A stretch of 64,000 nt of DNA from Mayamaea pseudoterrestris (lineage: Eukaryota): NCBI GenBank assembly GCA_027923505.1, contig BROI01000002.1, positions 1,116,001 to 1,180,000 on the forward strand, given 5' to 3'. This document shows, in pieces, positions 58,201 to 64,000 of the stretch. The translations under genes were made by a program, and so were the position numbers. The notes under the pieces are model-generated. The model was not told the DNA's origin, did no database searches, and saw only the letters and a program-made list of their open reading frames with translations. Positions within the stretch are counted from its first letter, which is position 1, and the number at the start of each line of letters is the position of its first letter.

Positions 58201-61200
58201 ATAAACTGGCGTTCGATTTCTCGAATCGCTAGGCTGTTTTCTTCCTTGGCTCCGTCTGATATTAGACCGAGTGGAGCACCGCAATCGTTGATAAACTGCA
58301 TGAGCGTCGACGGAACTTGTCCCTTGTTCGCCATCGGGTAGACGCGAATCAATCGGCTCTGCATGCAAACGTATAGTTGCGCTGCTTGGCATCCGGCATG
58401 TCCAGGAATACCATCGTTGAGTGCGGGTGTGTCGGAGAATAGTGTGTCCATTGCAACTTCTTCAGGTAGTCGACGAACATTCGCACCCGGGAAACGAGTA
58501 CGCAAATGGCGTCGCTGAGGAAAACGTTGCTCGGCGCGATAGAATTGGGTAGTGTTCTTGAGAGTCTCTTTGATACGATCGGTGGGTAGAAATCCGAAGT
58601 TGGGACGAAGCATTTGGTAATCTGGTCGCGTAGGAACCACAGTGCGTGCCGGTCGGCCGGCTAGTCCAGAATATGGATTGCCTCCAGCTTCTACAATTGC
58701 GGCATTGACCTGCAGCTCGTACGGATCGTACATTTCCCCGGCAGTGTCTTCGTATTCGAACGTTGCGTCGTTGGGGTTCTGAGCATGGCTTGATCCGGAT
58801 GTCGATATGGTTCCGCGTGAGAGTAGTGAGGGTAGTGAAATGTCATCCTGTTGTGGGTTCGTGTTGTAAGAAGCGTCGTCGGGTACAATGTCGGCAATGC
58901 GCTCGGATGGACCCTCGGTTTCGACTTGCATAGGGTCCGACTCGTCGCTGAAGTGCTCCCATTCGTGGGTTTCGAGTCCGTTCCATGAGACGACGTTGAG
59001 TGTTTCGACTGAAAGGTCTTCGGGATATTCGTCTTGCGCGTTTCCGTTGACTTGGGTGTTGTTGACTAGTAGTGTTGGCGCTTCGTGATCGTCCGTCGCG
59101 GTTTCAATTTCCGCTTGGATCGAATCGTCATTAAGGTCTCCATCGTACTTTGACGGATCCCAAGGCGTGTCTGCTGTCATGACGACGTGCGGCAACGTGT
59201 CGAACTCGGCGTCGGTGAAATGATGCATCTTCAAATGGACCAAACCGTTCTGGACCGTGAATGGGATCAATGCTCCTTCGGGTGTAATCATGAGCTGCCG
59301 TCCGCCAAGTGCGCTTGCCTTGTCGAATACCTTGTTTCCGAAGTCCTCGAGCTGAACGACCGAATGAATGGTTGCGTCGGTTCCTCCGTCGGCGTACTGG
59401 TAGAAAATGCCAATGACGTACCCTTCCGTCGTCCAGATCTTGGCGGCGAATGTTCCGATGGGTAGTCCTTGCATCATGTGATTGTCAATTCCGGTAACGT
59501 CGGCAAACTGAGTCGTCGATCGATCCAAGCAAATCATGTCCTTACCAGCGATCGAACCGTTGGCACCGCGATCCATCATGGACGGGCTTCGAGACGTAAT
59601 TGCACGAGTGACATGGAACTGTGACGCGTGTGGCCCTTCGGTTGCCGGAGTATTCATACCCATAAGCGCATCTGCGTAGGATACGTTATGTGTAGCGACA
59701 TGGTTTGTAGAACGACGCGTGACGTTGGTTGCGTTGGCGGCGATACATGTTGTATGTAACGGCCGACTCGCGCTTGATACACTGGTGGAGTAGATGGCTG
59801 GCTTCCCAGCGGTCGAGCCTTGTTGCTGAGACTGAAACAGCGCACGGCGGTTCCACGTGCTGGTGTAGTTCCGACTGTAGGCCGTGTAATCGCCGACATG
59901 GGTGACATCGCCGTCGACTCGCCGGTGGGAAGCTGAATTTGTGGAGTTGGTGGTGGATTGGTGTTGTTCGTGCTGGCTTCCGTTGCGTTCAGCTGCAGGC
60001 GCGCCGCTCCGCTTCTCGGATTCGGCGAGTTTCTGCCTTATGAGCTTCGCGTTGCTCCTCCGGCCCAAGAGAACCATACATCCGGCTCGACTCCGTTGCG
60101 GCGCTGCAGAAGGATTGGTGCACTGTCCGCGTCCACCACCTCGTCCGAAGTTACCTCGGCCGCCGCGTCCACCGCCGCGTCCAGAACCGCGACCGGTTCC
60201 GCGTCCGCTGCCATTTCCACGACCGTTTCCGCCTTGGCTGCTGCTTGGAGTGTTGCCGCTAGTCGGTGTAGTGCCTCCGGTCGGTGGAGTACTCGCTTGT
60301 TGGATGGATTGGTGGATCTTCATTTGGCGTTTGCGTGCCGCTTTGACGTCGTCGGTATCGCGAGCGAACTCGATGAGCTGCTTGTACCAGTCTTCGAAGC
60401 TTTGATCTTGACCTTGCGCGTTGAGGATACGACTCGCCGAACTGATTTCTTGGCGAAAGGCGTCATTCCAGCGAACCGATTCGGACAACCACTTCTTGCG
60501 CGTCGCGTCGGGGACTGTTTCGCCGGTATAATCTTCGTAATCGAGCAAGGCATTCTCCCATTGAGTGAACCACGCAGTGTACGTACTGCCGTGGTCGTTC
60601 GTCAGTTTCATGTCGCGAACTCTTGACTCGGCTCGCTGCGCTGCGCGCTCGGCGTTCTTGCCCGTCAAGTACATCGTGTGCATTTCCTTGAAGCACTCGT
60701 GGGCCGACCCGTCCTTGTGGCGACGAATGATCGGGATGCAGTTGGCGACTTTGCAGTATGAAGTGATGATGTCGAATGCTGTGGCTTCTTGCGCTTTGAA
60801 TACCTCGAGATCTTCGGGCGAAAGCGTTGTCGGGTTGAAATCCGGATCGAAGACTCGCTCGATGCCTTGGTTCTTGGCCGTTGCGAACGTCTTGAGCCAC
60901 CATTGACGGAATTTGTACTCGTCTTTGAACTCGGTGTATGCTTTGGTGTCGACTCGGACGCGAGATTTGTACTTCTCGGCCTCGGACTTCTCGGGAACGT
61001 CCGTCGAGCTGACTCGTTGAATCCGACTCATGTCGCTTTGGAATAGAGACTCTTCGGGCGATTCGGTTGCTTTGATGAGTCCTGCGAATGTGAGCGTCGC
61101 CCATTCCTTGAGTTCGCGCTCTTCCGATGCCCATTGACGAAGGCGGGTAATGGTTCGAATAACCGTGATGTGCGTTTTGGATTCCTTCAGTACCGACTCG

Positions 61201-61667
61201 ATGTCCTTGATGGTCAGCATTAGGAATGGCTCCGTGAGTAGACGTCCGTCCGGGAGGAGTGACTTGATGGCGACGATGACTGGAAGCTTCATGAACTTGT
61301 CGTTGTTGACGGTCTTCTGCTTGTACATGCTTTTCAATCCGACGGCGAGCGAGTTGTCTTCCGCGTCATCTTGCGTGACATTGGGTCCGTCGGGAGGATC
61401 ATCTTCGACGACGGTCATGTTGTTGATTGATTGGTACGGGATGAATATATACCGCGAGAATAATCGAGGAAGTCGATTCTATCCGAGCGATGCTTGCAAT
61501 TCGACTCGGTCTTCAATCCCTCCGTCTGCCGGACTAGTGTAGATTGAAGCCTCGGACAGGAAATGAACGAGGGATGTCCGCTGCCAATGTAGTGTGCAAC
61601 AAAACGACGGGAGTGGTCGTCACCAGCGCCCGAGAGAGTTGATTGTAAAGACCAAGACTGTGTGATC

Positions 61668-62068
61668 TGACACGATGCAGTTCCAGTTCGTACGGCTGCA
61701 ACGATTCCTCACCCTCTGTAGTCGGTTTCCAAGTGAGCGGGATGATCAGTCCTTTACCTTGGTTTATCCTACAGGGGTCTTATCCTACAAAACGCTAGTT
61801 GATTAAGCAGTTCTCTAGAAAGTGAGTTGATTTACGATCGGTCGAGAAAGAGCGATTGATCAGATGGCTCTTTCAAGACCATTCACGATAGTGAATACTA
61901 ATCTTGTTTAATCGTGCCTGCGGCTGGCACACATGCAATATTTCAATGACGTAGTTGTGAGTAGATGTCTTTTCTGGTACCGCAACGGAGGTTCGAGTAC
62001 TATGCTCGTGCGCCCCCGGCGACGTCTAGGTTCGCGTCAAGCGACTGGACTAGATCGTCATTGTGACA
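61668..62068 (-). repeat. LTR copy 3 (5' LTR of inner element)
   Basis: Same 401-bp sequence; followed on the minus strand by a ~250-bp leader and the gag ATG at 61418. Confidence 0.95.
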
Positions 62069-64000
62069 CAGTGGGTAGCCCCTCTTCTTCGGAGCTTTGG
62101 GTGCCGAGTTGGAAGCTCTCTTGGAGTCCACCTTCGGTGTATACGAACATGTCGCCTTCGGGAGAAGCTTCGACTTGTGGTAAATCAAGACGGATGTTTG
62201 GGTTAAGATCGTCTCGACGAGCCGTTACAATGCTTCGGGCGACAACTTGATGTGTTTCCTCGTCCAAGACCCAGTACGTTAGAGCATCACCGACGTTATC
62301 AGCTACCCCGACGAAACGTCCAGCGCGCTCATTGGTTTGGTTGAGCAATGTAGAGTTTGCGCTGTATCGAACGGGCTGCCACCAGTGGTAGTTGAGGTAG
62401 GCAGAGATATCGGGTACTTCATTGTATACCTTTTGATATGGGGTCATGCCACCGAGACGTGACTGGGACATGAGGGCGAGTAGAGCTACGATGTGTAGAG
62501 TGCATAGCAGCCAGGTTGGTGCAGGCGATCCGGTTCAATCCATGTTGACATTGACAGTGCGCTCGACGTCGCCGATAACGCGTTCCGCTGGATTCTGCTG
62601 TTGGTTTTCCGGTTCGCTGACCCAGTGCTTACGGATCATAAACTGGCGTTCGATTTCTCGAATCGCTAGGCTGTTTTCTTCCTTGGCTCCGTCTGATATT
62701 AGACCGAGTGGAGCACCGCAATCGTTGATAAACTGCATGAGCGTCGACGGAACTTGTCCCTTGTTCGCCATCGGGTAGACGCGAATCAATCGGCTCTGCA
62801 TGCAAACGTATAGTTGCGCTGCTTGGCATCCGGCATGTCCAGGAATACCATCGTTGAGTGCGGGTGTGTCGGAGAATAGTGTGTCCATTGCAACTTCTTC
62901 AGGTAGTCGACGAACATTCGCACCCGGGAAACGAGTACGCAAATGGCGTCGCTGAGGAAAACGTTGCTCGGCGCGATAGAATTGGGTAGTGTTCTTGAGA
63001 GTCTCTTTGATACGATCGGTGGGTAGAAATCCGAAGTTGGGACGAAGCATTTGGTAATCTGGTCGCGTAGGAACCACAGTGCGTGCCGGTCGGCCGGCTA
63101 GTCCAGAATATGGATTGCCTCCAGCTTCTACAATTGCGGCATTGACCTGCAGCTCGTACGGATCGTACATTTCCCCGGCAGTGTCTTCGTATTCGAACGT
63201 TGCGTCGTTGGGGTTCTGAGCATGGCTTGATCCGGATGTCGATATGGTTCCGCGTGAGAGTAGTGAGGGTAGTGAAATGTCATCCTGTTGTGGGTTCGTG
63301 TTGTAAGAAGCGTCGTCGGGTACAATGTCGGCAATGCGCTCGGATGGACCCTCGGTTTCGACTTGCATAGGGTCCGACTCGTCGCTGAAGTGCTCCCATT
63401 CGTGGGTTTCGAGTCCGTTCCATGAGACGACGTTGAGTGTTTCGACTGAAAGGTCTTCGGGATATTCGTCTTGCGCGTTTCCGTTGACTTGGGTGTTGTT
63501 GACTAGTAGTGTTGGCGCTTCGTGATCGTCCGTCGCGGTTTCAATTTCCGCTTGGATCGAATCGTCATTAAGGTCTCCATCGTACTTTGACGGATCCCAA
63601 GGCGTGTCTGCTGTCATGACGACGTGCGGCAACGTGTCGAACTCGGCGTCGGTGAAATGATGCATCTTCAAATGGACCAAACCGTTCTGGACCGTGAATG
63701 GGATCAATGCTCCTTCGGGTGTAATCATGAGCTGCCGTCCGCCAAGTGCGCTTGCCTTGTCGAATACCTTGTTTCCGAAGTCCTCGAGCTGAACGACCGA
63801 ATGAATGGTTGCGTCGGTTCCTCCGTCGGCGTACTGGTAGAAAATGCCAATGACGTACCCTTCCGTCGTCCAGATCTTGGCGGCGAATGTTCCGATGGGT
63901 AGTCCTTGCATCATGTGATTGTCAATTCCGGTAACGTCGGCAAACTGAGTCGTCGATCGATCCAAGCAAATCATGTCCTTACCAGCGATCGAACCGTTGG
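62069..64000 (-). mobile_element. Protease-integrase portion of an outer Copia copy, running off the window
   Basis: Appears identical to 57632 onward (offset 4437), including the TGA at 62535. Confidence 0.93.

Larger units (their letters stand above)
54816..62068 (-). mobile_element. Full-length, defective chromodomain-bearing Ty1/Copia (CoDi-like) element with two 401-bp LTRs
   Basis: LTRs 62068-61668 and 55216-54816 (TGTCACAATG...CATCGTGTCA). gag from 61418; protease MDRGANG; integrase MDTLFS/ISDGAKEE/NPAER; chromo-like segment; RT 'KARMVAGG...DIGNAYL...KALYGLRTSG'; RNase H 'DANL...GSEL...GDN...DALTK'. One nonsense codon and two RT microdeletions. Confidence 0.95.

Noticed and set aside
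60030..60130. Possible compensating frameshifts in gag of the second Copia
   Set aside because: An alternative frame (VEPDVWFSW) looks plausible, but this cannot be separated from sequence error without a second copy of the region.

Overview
Compact eukaryotic nuclear DNA, most likely from a diatom. This rests on short GT-AG introns, bipartite plastid-targeting N-termini (signal peptide + A-F), CoDi-type Ty1/Copia elements and a CHASE hybrid histidine kinase. Host genes include a WAPL-like protein, a Cgr1/CCDC86-like protein, a large TPR protein, a plastid membrane protein, a non-catalytic-looking GPX-fold protein, a PCIF1/CAPAM-like methyltransferase, a 2OG-oxygenase-like gene, a BTB protein, CNOT9/Rcd1, a CHASE-HK-REC kinase, a SAM methyltransferase and two tandem plastid-targeted paralogs. 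Non-genic structure: a 42-bp minisatellite; an ~8.2-kb 181-bp satellite with nested inverted repeats and a degenerate hammerhead-like motif, running straight into the GPX-like gene; a Copia element whose 5' LTR and neighbouring host-gene half are missing; a Gypsy integrase remnant; and a chromodomain-bearing Copia nested in an apparently identical copy of itself without a target-site duplication. Parts of the window, especially 22.8-27.4 kb, look like poorly polished long-read sequence, so some frameshifts and junctions may be artefacts. All family calls come from motif recognition by eye; no searches were run.
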